NCBI GenBank assembly: GCA_963733195.1
Contig: CAVTCR010000026.1
Coordinates: forward strand, 1 to 64,000
Source of the DNA: an uncultured delta proteobacterium
GTDB taxonomy: Bacteria; Desulfobacterota; Binatia; Bin18
Direction: 5' to 3'
Length of the DNA stretch: 64,000 nucleotides
Positions within the stretch are counted from its first letter, which is position 1, and each line of letters starts with the position of its first letter. Positions 30,772-43,178 of the stretch are shown piece after piece. The notes beneath the pieces were generated by a model. The model was not told the origin of the DNA, did not search any database, and saw nothing but the letters and a program-made list of their open reading frames with translations. The position numbers and the translations under genes are program-made.

Positions 30772-32551
30772 AAAGCCCCTAGCAGCGCATCAAGAAATTC
30801 TTCCGCCTCTGTCTTACCGAAGGGCGCTAACCGCAATTGTGTGTAGTACGTCTTCTGGCCCCACTCGTGGCGGTATTCGGGCCGATAGTTCACCAACAGC
30901 AGGACCTTGGCCGAGGCCACGCTCTCACTGAGGACATCCAAAAACCCCTGCGTTTCACTATCGATCCAATGCAAATCTTCAAAGATCAAGATCAACGGTT
31001 GATTGAGACTCTCGCGCAGGAAGAGCTTCTTCAAGGCGTCAAAGGTGCGTCTGCGGCGAATCTGCGGGTCCATCTGCTGTAATGACGACGGCTGTTCTTC
31101 AATGCCGAGCAAGGCAAAGAGATAAGGCAGGGTGTCTTCTAAGCTGCGGTCAAGCGTCAGCACTTTGCCGGTGACTTTCTCCCGGCGCGTGCGTTCGTCA
31201 TCGTGTGGCTCAATCCGCAAGTAACTCTTAAGCAGTTCGATCACCGGCAGATACGGGGACGCTTTGCCGTGGGAGACTGAGTAGGCTTGCAGCACCAGAC
31301 AACCAGCTTGTGAAGTGAGTTTGAATTCGTAAAACAACCGCGACTTGCCTAATCCTGGCTCACCCATCACGCCGACGATTTGGCCGTGACCAGCTTGAGC
31401 TTGGGCTAAGGCTCGCCGCATCTGCTCCAGTTCGCTTTGGCGGCCCACGAAACGGGTGAGCCCACGGCGGGTAGCGGTAACTTGGAGACGCGTACGTAAT
31501 ACGCCTGCCCCCAGCACTTCGTAGATGTTCAGCAGCTCTTCTACCCCTTTGATCTGTGTCTTCCCTAAATCCTTGAACTCAAAGTAACCGTCCGTGAGAC
31601 GATGTGTTTGCTCGGTGACAAGGATCGACCCCGGGGCTGCCAACTGCTCCATCCGTGCAGCCAGGTTGGTCGAATGGCCCACCGGTACGTAGTCCGCATG
31701 CAAGTCGTCCTTGCGAATCGAGCGTAGCACCACTTCGCCGGTGTTAATGCCCACCCGCATCAAGAGGGGTGGATAGCCTTTGGTGCGCAGTGTATCGCCA
31801 TAGCGTCGCATCTCTTCCTGCATGCGCAGCGCAGCGTACAAGGCACGCTGGGGATGATCTTCGTGAGCCAGCGGCGCGCCGAACAAGGCAAAGATACCGT
31901 CGCCCAGCGCTTGCGCGACATACCCCTCATAGCGATGCACCGCGTCCATCATCAGTTGCAAGGCGGGATCAATAATCGCCCGGGCTTCTTCAGGATCAAG
32001 TCCTTCGATCAATGCGGTCGAACCCTTGAGATCAGCAAACAGGGCCGTGATGGTTTTCCGCTCACCCTCCATCAGCGAGACCGCACGAATCCGTTCGGCC
32101 AGATGAGCAGGCGTCCAGCGGCTCGGGTCCTGGGTTTCGGTGTCCTCCTTTACCCCTTTATCCGTTATCCTTTTCCCCTTATCCTCTTCGGTGTTGCCGA
32201 CCCACACCAGCATCTTGCCGTCTTTATCCACTGCCAGCTCTTTGATCTCGATGAGTTCTTCCTTGAGGGCATCAAGCACGTCATCGGTCAGGTCAAACTC
32301 CAGCCTCAATGCCCGATACGAGACCCGTTCCTCGCGCTGGAGCCAAGCGAGCGTTTGCGCCACCACTTCAGAAAACTTCATGCACTGCCCTCATTCCCTA
32401 GACGATCTTTTCTCACGATAGGCCTGTCATATTAACCCAGACACCGCAAGTAGCTGTGCGTGCTTTCTATCGCGGGGAGAAGGTACGCACGATTACGTAC
32501 GCGCTTTGCCGCGCAACTTTTTCCCAACAAAATCCGAGGAGAAGTGCAAAC

Positions 32552-35318
32552 TTATCCCGTGGCTCCCAGACCGCTGGCGATGGCGTTGACGGTCAGCAGT
32601 AGGGAAGGAAGCAAACTGGCTGCAGCTTCATGATTGCCGCGCTGGCGCATCCCGCGCCATTGGCGCAAAAGCGTGATTTGCTGACGGTGTAGAGTACGAA
32701 GCGCATTCCTCCGCATTTGTGACATTCCGTGAATGTTCGGCCGCCGCTCAGCCAGTGGCCCGCCATAGACCTGCTCTAGCATCGTGCGTGTGCACTCGAA
32801 CTCTGCAGTGATTTTCCCAAAAATACACTCCCGCAAGTTGGTATCTTCGATCAACAAGGCGTAGTCATGCATGACTTCAATATCTGCTGCCGCGATGCTT
32901 GTTGCTGCGTTACTGAGAACGTAGTGCAACGGTGCCCAGAGATAGAGATAGTTTTGGACCTCGGTGAATTGCCGCGGATGTTGTGCCGCCAACGCTTCTA
33001 GCGCACTTCCCACTCCATACCAACCAGAAAGATAAAAACGCGCCTGTCCCCAACTAAAGACCCAAGGAATGGCTCGCAAATCAGCCAGCGTCGGTTGTCC
33101 GGTCCGACGCACTGGACGTGAACCTATACGGCTTTCTTCGATGACATCGATGGGTGTAGCCTGGCGAAAAAACGTCAGGAAGCCATCTGTCCGTAAGAGA
33201 CTCGTATACGTTTGGTAACTCCGCTCGGCTAGCCAATCCATTGTGTCTTCAAGCGTGTGTCGTGGCTCAGGACAATGCCAATCCAAAAGCGTGGCGCGGG
33301 TCACTCCTGCGAGTAACAATTCTAAATTGTATACGGCCATCATGCGATTGGCGTACTTCTGGGCAATAGTCTCTCCTTGTTCAGTCACACGGAGATTGCC
33401 ACTCAGCGCTGCGTGCGGCATGGACTTCACAAAGCGATGCTCCGGTCCCCCACCTCGACTCGGTGTTCCACCCCGTCCGTGGAAGAAGTGGATCTGGACA
33501 CCCGCCTCTCTGCCAACTCGTATCAATGCTGCCTGCGCGCGGTACAGAGTCCACAGGCTGGCAAAGATTCCTCCATCTTTGTTACTGTCGCTATAACCAA
33601 TCATCACTGGTTGTAGTAGGTGATCACTGCCAGTTTGGCGACGTTGCTCTTCTAAGCTGCGGCGAGTCATCGGATGCTCAAGAAAGACTCGCATAATCTC
33701 CGGACTACGCTGTAAATCATCAATCGTCTCGAAGAGCGGGACGACAGGCAAGCAGCAGGCAAGGCCCTGAGGTGTGTTGACGGTCAGTCCGACTTCACGG
33801 GCGAAGATATAGATGCTGAGCAAATCCGACGCGTTCCGGGTCATACTGACGATGAGAGCACCCAAGCCGTCTGGACCCCAGGTGCGGATGTGATCGACGA
33901 GGACTCGGTAGCTACTTAAGACCGCGTCGGCTTCTGCGCCTGCCTCCATGTCTACGCGGAGGAACGGACGTGGCGAAGTCAGTTCGTGGTTGAGGAACTC
34001 CAGTCGCTGCTCCTCATCCCACTGGGGAAAGTCGGCTCGCACTTGCCCTGCAGCAGTGAGTAGTTGAGCAATAGCGAGATCGTGGAAACGGCTGTTCTGG
34101 CGTAGATCTAAAGATGCCAAGTGAAAGCCAAAGGTTTGTACCACACGCATGACCGGCCACACTGCATGAGCAGCAAGGCGACCGGCTCCCACCTCAACGA
34201 GCGAATCGTAAAGCACGGAGAGGTCGTCCAATAGTTCAGCGGCACGTTGATAGCGCGTAGTATCACGCTCTTTGCGTCCATTCATAGGAAGCGATTGTCC
34301 AACCGGAAGCCGCGCCAACATCAGATTGACCATTTGTCGCCAGGATTCTTCTGGGTCCTGACCAATGGCCAGCTGTCCTCGCTCTCCAAGTTGTGTGGCC
34401 AGACGTGCAAGTGCATTGGTCAGGATGGGGGAGGCTGCTGAAAACGATCGGATAGACTTAACTGGTGAGCAAGCTCTAACAGTTGGTGTTGGAGTAGTTG
34501 CAAGGCATGTTTTTGTAAATCAGCCAACGTCTCTTGGGTGACTTCAGCCGTGACGAGTGGGTGTCCGTCACGGTCTCCCCCAACCCAAGTGCCGAACCGG
34601 AGCCGCGGTAAGCTCTGCGGAGAGCGGAGTAAGTCAGGATCAAAACCGCAATACTCCCAGGACTGTTGCAATCGTACATCCAGGACGGGGAGCACATCAG
34701 GAAAGACTGTGTACAGGTAGTGAATGATATTCCGACGTTCAGAGGCCACGTCAGGTTTTTGCAAAAAGATTTCGCCGGTTCGCCAGAGCAATGTCAGTAC
34801 TGCTTTGACTTCTTCTCGGATAACGTGCTGCTCGTACGGTGTCCATACCTGATTTTCGCGCTTGACCAATAAAAGATAGAGCTTGCGGTGATGCTCAAGA
34901 ACAATCGCACGTTTCGCTTCTGTGGGGTGCGCGGTGAGCACCAATGCGATCTGTATCTGAGGCAAAGCGGTAGCAATTTGCTCGTCGCTGATCCCACGCT
35001 CCTGGATCTGCTGGAGACATTGACCCCATAAGGCTTGCATCGCCGCCAATCCCTGCTCTGTTTCGGTGAGGCGTTGACGTTGTACGGCTGCGTTTTGTTC
35101 CACCATGCTCAGCAGCTGAAAAGCAATAGAGTACGCTTGAGAGAGTCGTTCTGAAGGGGGAAGATCGAGAGGAGGGTAGCACCGCCTTGCCAGGGAAGAT
35201 AATCGGCCAGGGTCTGTTCACCTTCCTCCTCAAGAACCTCACGAAAGCATTGCATCAAGAAACCGAGATCACGGTCAACCTTGTCAGGATCAATGACGAG
35301 AATACTGGAGAGAATCAT
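32552..35318 (-). CDS. ppc: Phosphoenolpyruvate carboxylase; frameshifted
   Basis: VLTAHPTE, WVGGDRDG, MIGYSDSNKDGG, FHGRGG, TEQGE, LRAIPW, INA-like VNAIASGL at the C-terminus. Confidence 0.92.
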
Positions 35319-35356
35319 ATTGCGCTAATCAGAAAAAGAGGCAAATCACAAGGGTT

Positions 35357-35555
35357 TTCACCCTGAGCCCTTCGATAAACAGGATAAATTCCACGAAGGG
35401 TCTCTCAGAGATTCGCTCGACTCAGAACTCACAATACACTCCTGGTTCCAGCTTTCGCTGGAATGACGAAAACGACAAGCCCGTCATTCCGGGCAAGGCC
35501 GCAGCCGCGACCCGGAATCAGGAGAAACTGGATTCCCGCTTACGCGGGAATGACG
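35357..35555. repeat. Cluster of (C/T)GTCA-tagged palindromic repeats between glgP and ppc
   Basis: CCCTGAGCCCTTCGATAAACAGGATAAATTCCACGAAGGGTCTC; TTCCAGCTTTCGCTGGAATGAC; CGTCATTCCGGGC...GGATTCCCGCTTACGCGGGAATGACG (35482-35555). Confidence 0.8.
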
Positions 35556-35600
35556 ACCCGGGAGTCGCCCTCCGTTTCTGCTTCATGCTTAGCGCTCGCG

Positions 35601-38084
35601 CTATGATGACTCGCAATGGCTACTTTTAAAGAATCTAACCTTCAGCCCAATATCTTTGGCATATTCTCGGATAGTGCGGTCACTAGAAAATTTCCCCATC
35701 CGTGCCACATTCAAGATCGCTTTGTGTGCCCATCCAGCGACATCTTTGAATTCATTTCCGGCTTGTTCTTGCGTTTCGATATAAGAAGGAAGATCCGCCA
35801 AGTGAAAATATTCGTCCCCGTGTTCCACTAGCGCAGAATAAATCCAGCGAAACAGGTCCGGTTCCTCTCGACAAAAGCGATCTGAGTAGAGAGCATCCAT
35901 CACCCGCTTCAGCGCCGGATAGCGCTCGTAGTACTCTCGTGACTGATACGAGCCTTGCTGACGCATGGTTTGAATATCTTGGGCCTGGAGTCCAAAGATG
36001 AAGATATTTTCTCTCCCCACCTCTTCCATAATCTCGATATTGGCCCCATCCAACGTGCCGATCGTCAGCGCGCCATTAAGGGCAAACTTCATGTTGCCTG
36101 TGCCTGACGCTTCCTTGCCAGCAGTGGAAATTTGTTCACTCAAATCAGCCGCAGGGATAATTTTTTCTGCCAGAGAGACACGATAATCAGGAATGAACAC
36201 CACCTTGATCCAATCCCTGACGCGCCGATCGGTATTGATCACTCGTCCGACATTGTTGATCAGTTTAATGATTTGTTTGGCTGCCCAATAACCCGGCGCC
36301 GCTTTACCAGCGAAAATGTAAGTCCGTCGCACAGCCGGTGCTATATTGTCCTCGATGAGACAGAGGTATTCATGAATAATATGTAACACGTTGAGTAACT
36401 GCCGCTTGTATTCATGAATGCGTTTGACCTGGACATCGAACAGTGAATCCGGGTCTACGCTCACTCGGTTGAGGTCCTTAATGACAGAGGCGAGCTGGTC
36501 TTTGTTCGCGCGCTTGATGCGCATGAATTCTTGCTGGAACCCTTCATCCTGAGCGAAGGGAACCAAGGCGTTGAGAGCGTCGAGGTTGGTAATCCACTGG
36601 TCACCAATAGTCTCAGTCAGCAGGCGTGCGAGTAGCGGATTTGCCTGTTGTAACCACCGGCGCTGAGTAATGCCATTGGTTTTGTTGTTGAATCGTTCCG
36701 GCCACAGAGCAAAGAAATCAGGGACAAGCGCAGTTTTCACCAGTTCGGTGTGGAGTGCAGATACGCCATTCACTGAATGACTGCCAACCATCGCCAGGTG
36801 TCCCATGCGCACCTGTGGTTGCTCGCCTGCAGTAATAATGGACAGGTGGTTCATACGCTCGGTATCGTCAGGCCACATCGTAGATGCATGGTCGAGGAAT
36901 CGGCGATTGATCTCAGAGATAATCTGCAAATGCCGGGGCAAGACGTATTCAAAGAGCGACACCGGCCATTTTTCTAATGCTTCTGGTAACAGTGTGTGAT
37001 TTGTATAGCCACAGGTTTCCTGAGTGATCTGCCACGCACGTTCCCAGGGAAGGTTATTTTCGTCAATCAGCACGCGCATCAGCTCTGCGACCGTTACGGC
37101 GGGGTGGGTGTCATTGAGTTGAATCGCCACCTGAGCAGAGAAGTCGTCGAATGTGGTCGCAGTCTGCAAATATCGCTTGACAATATCCCGAATAGCGCAG
37201 GCCACCAGAAAGTATTCCTGGATCAGTCGCAACTCCTGGCCAGCAACGACAGTATCAGCAGGGTAGAGCACCTTGGTAATCGTTTCCGACGCGATCTTTT
37301 GCTCGACTGCTTTAATATAATCTCCGGCGTTGAAGATTTGCATGTCAAAGTCAGCTGAAGATTTGGCAGAATAGAGCCTGAGATAGTTCACTGTCTGGCC
37401 CCCATACCCGACAATTGGGAAATCATGGGGAACACCGATCAGGATTTTCCAATCCATCCACATGGGATTGTATTGCCCCTCACGGTCGAGGGTATGCTCA
37501 ATGCGCCCGTACACGGGAATCAAACAGGCTTCATCTGCGCGCTCGATTTCCCAAGGGGTTCCGTAGACAAGCCAGTTGTCCGGCCTTTCCCTCTGGTAGC
37601 CATTCGTAATCTCTTGCTGAAAGAGACCATACTCATAGTGAATGCCATACCCGTATCCTGGCATTCCCAACGTTGCCAGTGAATCTAAGAAACAAGCAGC
37701 TAAGCGACCGAGGCCGCCATTCCCAAGTGCAGCATCCCGCTCATTTCCCTCTACGTCTGCCAAATCTACACCGAAATCGCGCAATGCCTGTTCACACAAT
37801 TCATACAGACCAAGATTATCCAGGTTATTTCTGAGGGAACGCCCCATGAGAAACTCAATAGAGAGATAATACAATCGTTTCGCATTCGCCTGCTGATAGC
37901 GGGCTTCTGTCGCGAACATCTCATCCACTAAGATCTCCCGTACCGCCAACGCCACAGCTGTAAAGAGATCGTAGCCTGAGAGCTGCTTCCACTCTTTGCC
38001 TAGAGAGTAGCGCACATGGCGACGGATGGATTCTTGCAGAGTAGCAAGAGATACGCTCTCAGGTGCGCTTTTCTTCTCCGCCAT
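35601..38084 (-). CDS. glgP: Glycogen/starch phosphorylase
   Basis: LGNGGLGRLAACF, QLNDTHP, YTNHT, KRIHEYKRQ, EASGTGNMK, FSSDRTI. Confidence 0.97.
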   Translation of the reverse strand: MAEKKSAPESVSLATLQESIRRHVRYSLGKEWKQLSGYDLFTAVALAVREILVDEMFATEARYQQANAKRLYYLSIEFLMGRSLRNNLDNLGLYELCEQALRDFGVDLADVEGNERDAALGNGGLGRLAACFLDSLATLGMPGYGYGIHYEYGLFQQEITNGYQRERPDNWLVYGTPWEIERADEACLIPVYGRIEHTLDREGQYNPMWMDWKILIGVPHDFPIVGYGGQTVNYLRLYSAKSSADFDMQIFNAGDYIKAVEQKIASETITKVLYPADTVVAGQELRLIQEYFLVACAIRDIVKRYLQTATTFDDFSAQVAIQLNDTHPAVTVAELMRVLIDENNLPWERAWQITQETCGYTNHTLLPEALEKWPVSLFEYVLPRHLQIISEINRRFLDHASTMWPDDTERMNHLSIITAGEQPQVRMGHLAMVGSHSVNGVSALHTELVKTALVPDFFALWPERFNNKTNGITQRRWLQQANPLLARLLTETIGDQWITNLDALNALVPFAQDEGFQQEFMRIKRANKDQLASVIKDLNRVSVDPDSLFDVQVKRIHEYKRQLLNVLHIIHEYLCLIEDNIAPAVRRTYIFAGKAAPGYWAAKQIIKLINNVGRVINTDRRVRDWIKVVFIPDYRVSLAEKIIPAADLSEQISTAGKEASGTGNMKFALNGALTIGTLDGANIEIMEEVGRENIFIFGLQAQDIQTMRQQGSYQSREYYERYPALKRVMDALYSDRFCREEPDLFRWIYSALVEHGDEYFHLADLPSYIETQEQAGNEFKDVAGWAHKAILNVARMGKFSSDRTIREYAKDIGLKVRFFKSSHCESS

Positions 38085-38100
38085 TTCCTAGGTCCTCGCT

Positions 38101-38442
38101 TTACTGTTGTTGGAACGCACGGATTGCCTCTGTTTGGGTTTCGAAGATGTGAAAAATCCGGTGCATGCGCACCAGCTCGAAAAGCGCGCGAACGGATTTT
38201 GACATACCACAGAGTTTCAAGTCCCCCCCTCTTGTCTGCATGTGTCGTAGACAAGACAATAGAGAGCCTAAGCCTGAGCTATCAACAAAACCTAACTGAC
38301 TGAGATCAAAAATGACCTGAGTGTGTTGCTCCAGCACTGGCGCGATCTCGCGCTTAAATTCTCCAGCCGTGCTCGCATCCAGTTGTGCCCCGACCAGCGC
38401 AATAATGGTGACATTATCGATGTACTCACACACCAGTTCCAT
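38101..38442 (-). CDS. STAS-domain anti-anti-sigma-type protein (RsbV/SpoIIAA-like)
   Basis: DLSQLGFVDSSGLG phospho-Ser motif. Confidence 0.92.
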   Translation of the reverse strand: MELVCEYIDNVTIIALVGAQLDASTAGEFKREIAPVLEQHTQVIFDLSQLGFVDSSGLGSLLSCLRHMQTRGGDLKLCGMSKSVRALFELVRMHRIFHIFETQTEAIRAFQQQ

Positions 38443-40068
38443 TTAACCCTCTCCCTCTTGTAATGGTTTCCGTTTTTTCACTAAACAGATGCAGTTACCT
38501 TGTTGTTCATCATGGGTATAGTACACTTCATCGACTGAGCGCGTGATGATGTAGACGCCAAAGCCGCCTTCACGCGACCCATCAAATACCGGCGGCCTCA
38601 CCATTTCGGGATTAAATACAACGCCATGATGAAAAAGCCGGATGATAATACGGTCGCTAAACGCCTCTGCAACAAGCTGAATAGGTTGGTCGCTGCGTCC
38701 CTGATACGCGTGTCGCATGATATTGCTGGCCGCCTCGGTCACTGCGAGTTCGAGCTGATCGACACCTTCTTTATCGAGTACGCGCGTCGTAAGATTCTGA
38801 CAAAATGTGCGGACGAATGTCCGAATCACCGGTAGTTGCCGTGCTTCACTACTTGTATGGAAATAAGCACGTGCGAGAGAGAAATCACTGTTGGTCTCCT
38901 CTACTGTGATGGCAACACAGGTCAGGTCATCTGTACAGGTTTCCGCACCAGAAAAAACGAGGACTGCCTCGCGGATCGTGTCGATCAACTGTGCTGGGTT
39001 TAGGTGGTGATATGTCTGGATTATTTTCATCAGACGCTCGACCCCAAAGAACTCGCCTGCTGGATTCCGTGCTTCCGTCAGTCCATCCGAATAAAAGACT
39101 AGGACATCGCCGACGGTGATAGGAAAAGACACTTGTTGATAGATTTCCTGCTCACTGAATCCTAACGGCATATTGTCGCCCTGAAGGAGGTCGCAGTCAC
39201 CGGTGTGACGACGGAAGTGAATGGTCTTGGTGTGTCCGCAATCGATGAGAGTGAGCCGATGTTGTCCCAAGTCGAGACGTGCATAACAGAGCGTGGCAAA
39301 CACGCCAAGGTCAATGAACTGCTTGGCCACCTCACGCTGGACCAGCATGACAATCTCTTCAGGCTCAGGAAGGGTGCTTCGCGCAGACGAGATGAGGAGA
39401 CGACTCAGCGCGCGAGGGAACGAACTCTTGAGCGCTGCTCCGAGCAACGCTGCTGGTACCCCTTTGCCCATTACGTCTCCGACGATGATATCGAAGCAAT
39501 GAGCACTGTGTTGGAAAAAGTCGAAGAAGTCTCCATCAACGTGTTGCGAAGGAAGAGTAAGGGCAGCGACTCGCGCTCCTTCCACATGATGTGGAAGCTG
39601 ACCGAAGAGTAGTGTTTGTTGAATCTTGGCGCCGATCTCAACCTCACGTTGATGTGCGTGCGCGAGTTGATCCAGCGAAGTTAGGAGCGCTGTTTGCAGA
39701 TCAAGAACGCGTTGACCGGTGCGGAGACGTACTTGGAGCTCTTGAGGATCAAAAGGTTTGGTCAAATAGTCATCAGCCCCAGCTTCCAGGCCGGCGATCA
39801 GATCTTCCTTACGATCCTTCGAGGTCAGCAGAATAAGATATGAATAGGGAGCTGTGTCTCGCTGTCGTACCCTGCGACAGACCTCCACTCCATCCATGCC
39901 TGGCATAAGCCAGTCGAGGATGACCAGCCTGGGTGCATCAGCAGCCTGCAACACCTGCCATGCCTCAGTGCCGTCACAGGTGCTTACGACCTCATGACCA
40001 GCTTTCACCAAAGCCGCGTGCAGCAGTCGGCGTGGAATGGAATCGTCGTCAGCAATCAAAATTTTCAC
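38443..40068 (-). CDS. REC + SpoIIE (PP2C) phosphatase + RsbW-like HATPase fusion
   Basis: LIADDD/LDWLMP; GDFFD, GDVMGKG, YSDGLTEA, DDLT; EAASNIMRHAY, GGFGV. Confidence 0.92.
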   Translation of the reverse strand: MKILIADDDSIPRRLLHAALVKAGHEVVSTCDGTEAWQVLQAADAPRLVILDWLMPGMDGVEVCRRVRQRDTAPYSYLILLTSKDRKEDLIAGLEAGADDYLTKPFDPQELQVRLRTGQRVLDLQTALLTSLDQLAHAHQREVEIGAKIQQTLLFGQLPHHVEGARVAALTLPSQHVDGDFFDFFQHSAHCFDIIVGDVMGKGVPAALLGAALKSSFPRALSRLLISSARSTLPEPEEIVMLVQREVAKQFIDLGVFATLCYARLDLGQHRLTLIDCGHTKTIHFRRHTGDCDLLQGDNMPLGFSEQEIYQQVSFPITVGDVLVFYSDGLTEARNPAGEFFGVERLMKIIQTYHHLNPAQLIDTIREAVLVFSGAETCTDDLTCVAITVEETNSDFSLARAYFHTSSEARQLPVIRTFVRTFCQNLTTRVLDKEGVDQLELAVTEAASNIMRHAYQGRSDQPIQLVAEAFSDRIIIRLFHHGVVFNPEMVRPPVFDGSREGGFGVYIITRSVDEVYYTHDEQQGNCICLVKKRKPLQEGEG

Positions 40069-42621
40069 CGTACCTGCTCCGTTCTGAACACTGCCAACGC
40101 CTGAGTAAGATGGGTAATCTCACTCTCCAGCTCAGCCCAGGCAGCTGCGGCGTGAGTCAAATCCCCACTCCGTCCGATACCTTCCAACTTGAGTGCCGCC
40201 TCGCGAGCCGCTTGCGCGCCAAAACTGCTTACTGCTCCTTTCACTGAATGTGCGGCCCGTTCAAGTGCTTTGCCATCACCGCGCGCAATTGACTGACGAA
40301 TCGAGTCTTGCATCTCCGGCGCCTCTGTGAAGAACAAATCAACAATTTCCTGTAGCAACTCGCGGTCACCTTCAACTCGATCCCAGGAGCCTCTCCTGGT
40401 TCAGGACCGTGGCAACTGATTTTGCTTCTTCATTCTGGACGTTGTGTCCTTCCCCTTGGGGCAAAGTGGCAACTGGTATCAGTTGCTTAATGACCTCGAA
40501 AAGTTTCTGGGACTGCAGAGGCTTCGAGAGATACGCGTCCATTCCTGCCGCCAGGCAGCGTTCGCGGTCGCCTTTCATGGCATGTGCCGTGAGTGCCACG
40601 ATGGGAATGTGTGTGCCCGTGGATTCCTCTCGCTGGCGGATGGCCTTGGTCGTTGCAATTCCGTCCATTTCTGGCATCTGTACATCCATCAACACCAAGG
40701 AAAAAGGTTCCTGTGCTAACGTAGCCAAGGCCTCCTTCCCGTTATTTGCAACGACAACCGAGTGTCCCCACTTCTCGAGCATCAGGACGGCAAGACGCCG
40801 ATTAACTGGATTGTCCTCTACCAGAAGAATATGGAGCACATATGGACTCTTGGGCAGAGCAGAAAGCGGAGAAAGAGAGGAGGCTCGTGTTGGTGCAGGG
40901 GTGTGATACAGAGCAGTCACAATAGCATTTAACAAGTCTGACTGTTTGATCGGCTTGGTCAGATATGAGGCAATGCCCAACTCCCGGCAACGGGCAGCAT
41001 CTTTCGGGTGACTTCCTGACGTTAACATCATGATCGTTGCTCGTGCCAAGGCTGGATTTTCCTTGATCAACTCAGCCACGGTGAAACCGTCCATATGAGG
41101 CATGTGAGCATCAAGTAACACCAGCGAAAACGGCGTCCCAGCATGGGCTGCCTGTTGCAACGTGGCTAGCGCTTCCTGTCCGCTCGCGACCACAGTTGGA
41201 CGCATGCCCCAGCTTGTTACCTGTTCTTTGAGGATACGTCGGTTGGTTGCGTTGTCATCGACAACTAACACCGGCAAGCCGGACAGGCTTTCTTGTTGAT
41301 ACAACGGTGGCGGTGTCGCATCTGCGCGGAGACCAAAACAAGCAGTGAAGTGAAACGTACTCCCGCGATTAACTTCACTTTCCACCCAGATAGAGCCAGC
41401 CATCATAGAAACCAGTTGTGAAGAGATCGCTAATCCTAATCCTGTGCCACCGAATTGACGGGTTGTAGAACTATCGGCTTGAGTGAAGGGACTAAAAATA
41501 AGTTTCTGCTTTTCCGCTGGAATTCCTATCCCGGTATCCGTCACAGCAAAATGTAGACGAACATCACTCTCAGTTTTCTGCTCGACCGTTACCTGCATGA
41601 CTACTTCGCCTTGATGGGTAAACTTAATCGCGTTGCCCACCAAGTTCACAACCACCTGGCGCAGACGCCCAGGATCGCCGAGTAAGGTATCCGGTACGTC
41701 CATGGGAATGTGGCAAGCGAGCTCCAACCCTTTCTTATGTGCACGGATCGCCAGCGCCTTGATCGCCACCTCAAGATCGTCGCGCAGATTAAAATCGATA
41801 GGATCAAGATCTAACTTTCCAGCCTCGATTTTAGAAAAATCCAGGATGTCGTTAAGCAACTCCAACAAAGAATTGGCTGAATCTTTGACTGTCGTCAGAT
41901 ACTCACCCTGTTCCGGCGTGAGATCCGTATCCAGCGCCAACTCCGTCATGCCGATAATGCCGTTCAGTGGCGTACGGAGCTCATGACTCATGTTGGCCAG
42001 GAACTCGCTTTTGGCGTTGGCGGCTGACTCGGCAGCGGCCTTGGCCTTTTGCAACTCCTCCTCCGCCTGCTTACGCTCAGTGATATCCTCAACCATTCCC
42101 TCGTAATACAGGAGCACAGCATTGGCATCGCGAACCGCACGAGCAGTTTCTGTGATCCAGATCACATGCCCGTCTCTGCGATACACCTGTGATTCAAACC
42201 CAGTTACTGTATTGTGTTCGTGTAGCAAGCGAATGAACTCAGCACGCCGAGACGCATCGACATACAGTTGCCCGCCGATGTCAGTCAGACTCGTCATCAA
42301 TTCTTCAGCGGTCTCGTAGCCATAAATCCGTGCCAAGGCTGGATTGACACTGAGATATTGTCCATCGGGTGTCGTTTGGAAGATTCCCTCAACGGCGTGC
42401 TCAAAGATGCTGCGGTATTTTGCCTCGGCTTGCCGGAGTTCCTTTTCCATCCGTTTGCGTTCGGCGATTTCTCGCGCCAGCATCGTATTGGTTTCTTCCA
42501 ACTCTACTGTCCAGCGATGCAATGCGACCGTGCGTGAGACTTTCCGTTGCGGCAGTTTCGCGAACGCACGAAATAGCCAACCGATTGCCTGTCGAGGTAA
42601 ACGGACCGGGGAATCTTCCAT
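40065..42621 (-). CDS. Hybrid histidine kinase PAS-HisKA-HATPase-REC-REC-Hpt; frameshift near 40375
   Basis: [20 protein letters not shown], two REC domains, Hpt AHSVKG. Confidence 0.92.
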
Positions 42622-42914
42622 TTAGCACTCCGAGTAAAAAAGCAACCCAAAAACAAGCTGCTGCTCAGGCAGCAGCTTAGGCTCGCTCTGCCTTTTCTCT
42701 AAGCAACTCTGACGCCGCCGTTTTGCGACCTCAAAATCGAGCCGAAAAAACTTGTGTAATGTCAGTATCTTACGAATGCAAAAGCGACTCCGGACAAAAC
42801 AAGAATTCTGCACGTCTTTGAGGCCACATATTCTTCGCAATTTGTGGCCCAGCCAAATCAAACCACCAAACATTGGGACAGTAGGGGCGAAGCTTTTGCC
42901 AACTGAGTACACAG

Positions 42915-43117
42915 CGGTCGTGATCCGGCTGAAGTCGAAAAGGCAATCTCCTTGCGTTCAGCGCAATTGAACGGACCGACAGAAGAGCTACGCCGTCAGA
43001 TTCAGATGCTCGCTGAGGTTGGGATTCGCCATTTTACGATCTCGCTCGCTCCGACTGAGCGAAAGCTTCTGAGCCGCTTTGCCAAAGAGGTGATGCCGGC
43101 GTTTCGCGAGACGTAAG
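42915..43117 (+). pseudogene. LLM oxidoreductase C-terminal fragment following a GTAG REP at 42881
   Basis: GRDPAEVEK...RFAKEVMPAFRET*. Confidence 0.6.
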
Positions 43118-43178
43118 ACCGAGTGGCGTTGCCGACGGTAGTGGAGGCCGCAGCTTTCTTGAAAGAGGAGATTTCCAC

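Larger units (their letters stand above)
27435..32381 (-). pseudogene. Adenylate/guanylate cyclase-AAA ATPase-TPR protein, interrupted by IS630
   Basis: ALFADLKGST, GDGIFALFG, Walker A GEPGLGKS, FEDLHWID, FKHAL, C-terminal WFTEGFDTKDL. The frame breaks at ARAHL and resumes at QGITLYD on the far side of the IS. Confidence 0.9.

Noticed and set aside
35601-35660. Unusual C-terminal extension of GlgP
   Set aside because: Restoring one T gives the usual DIW ending with a nearby stop, so it is probably an indel error.
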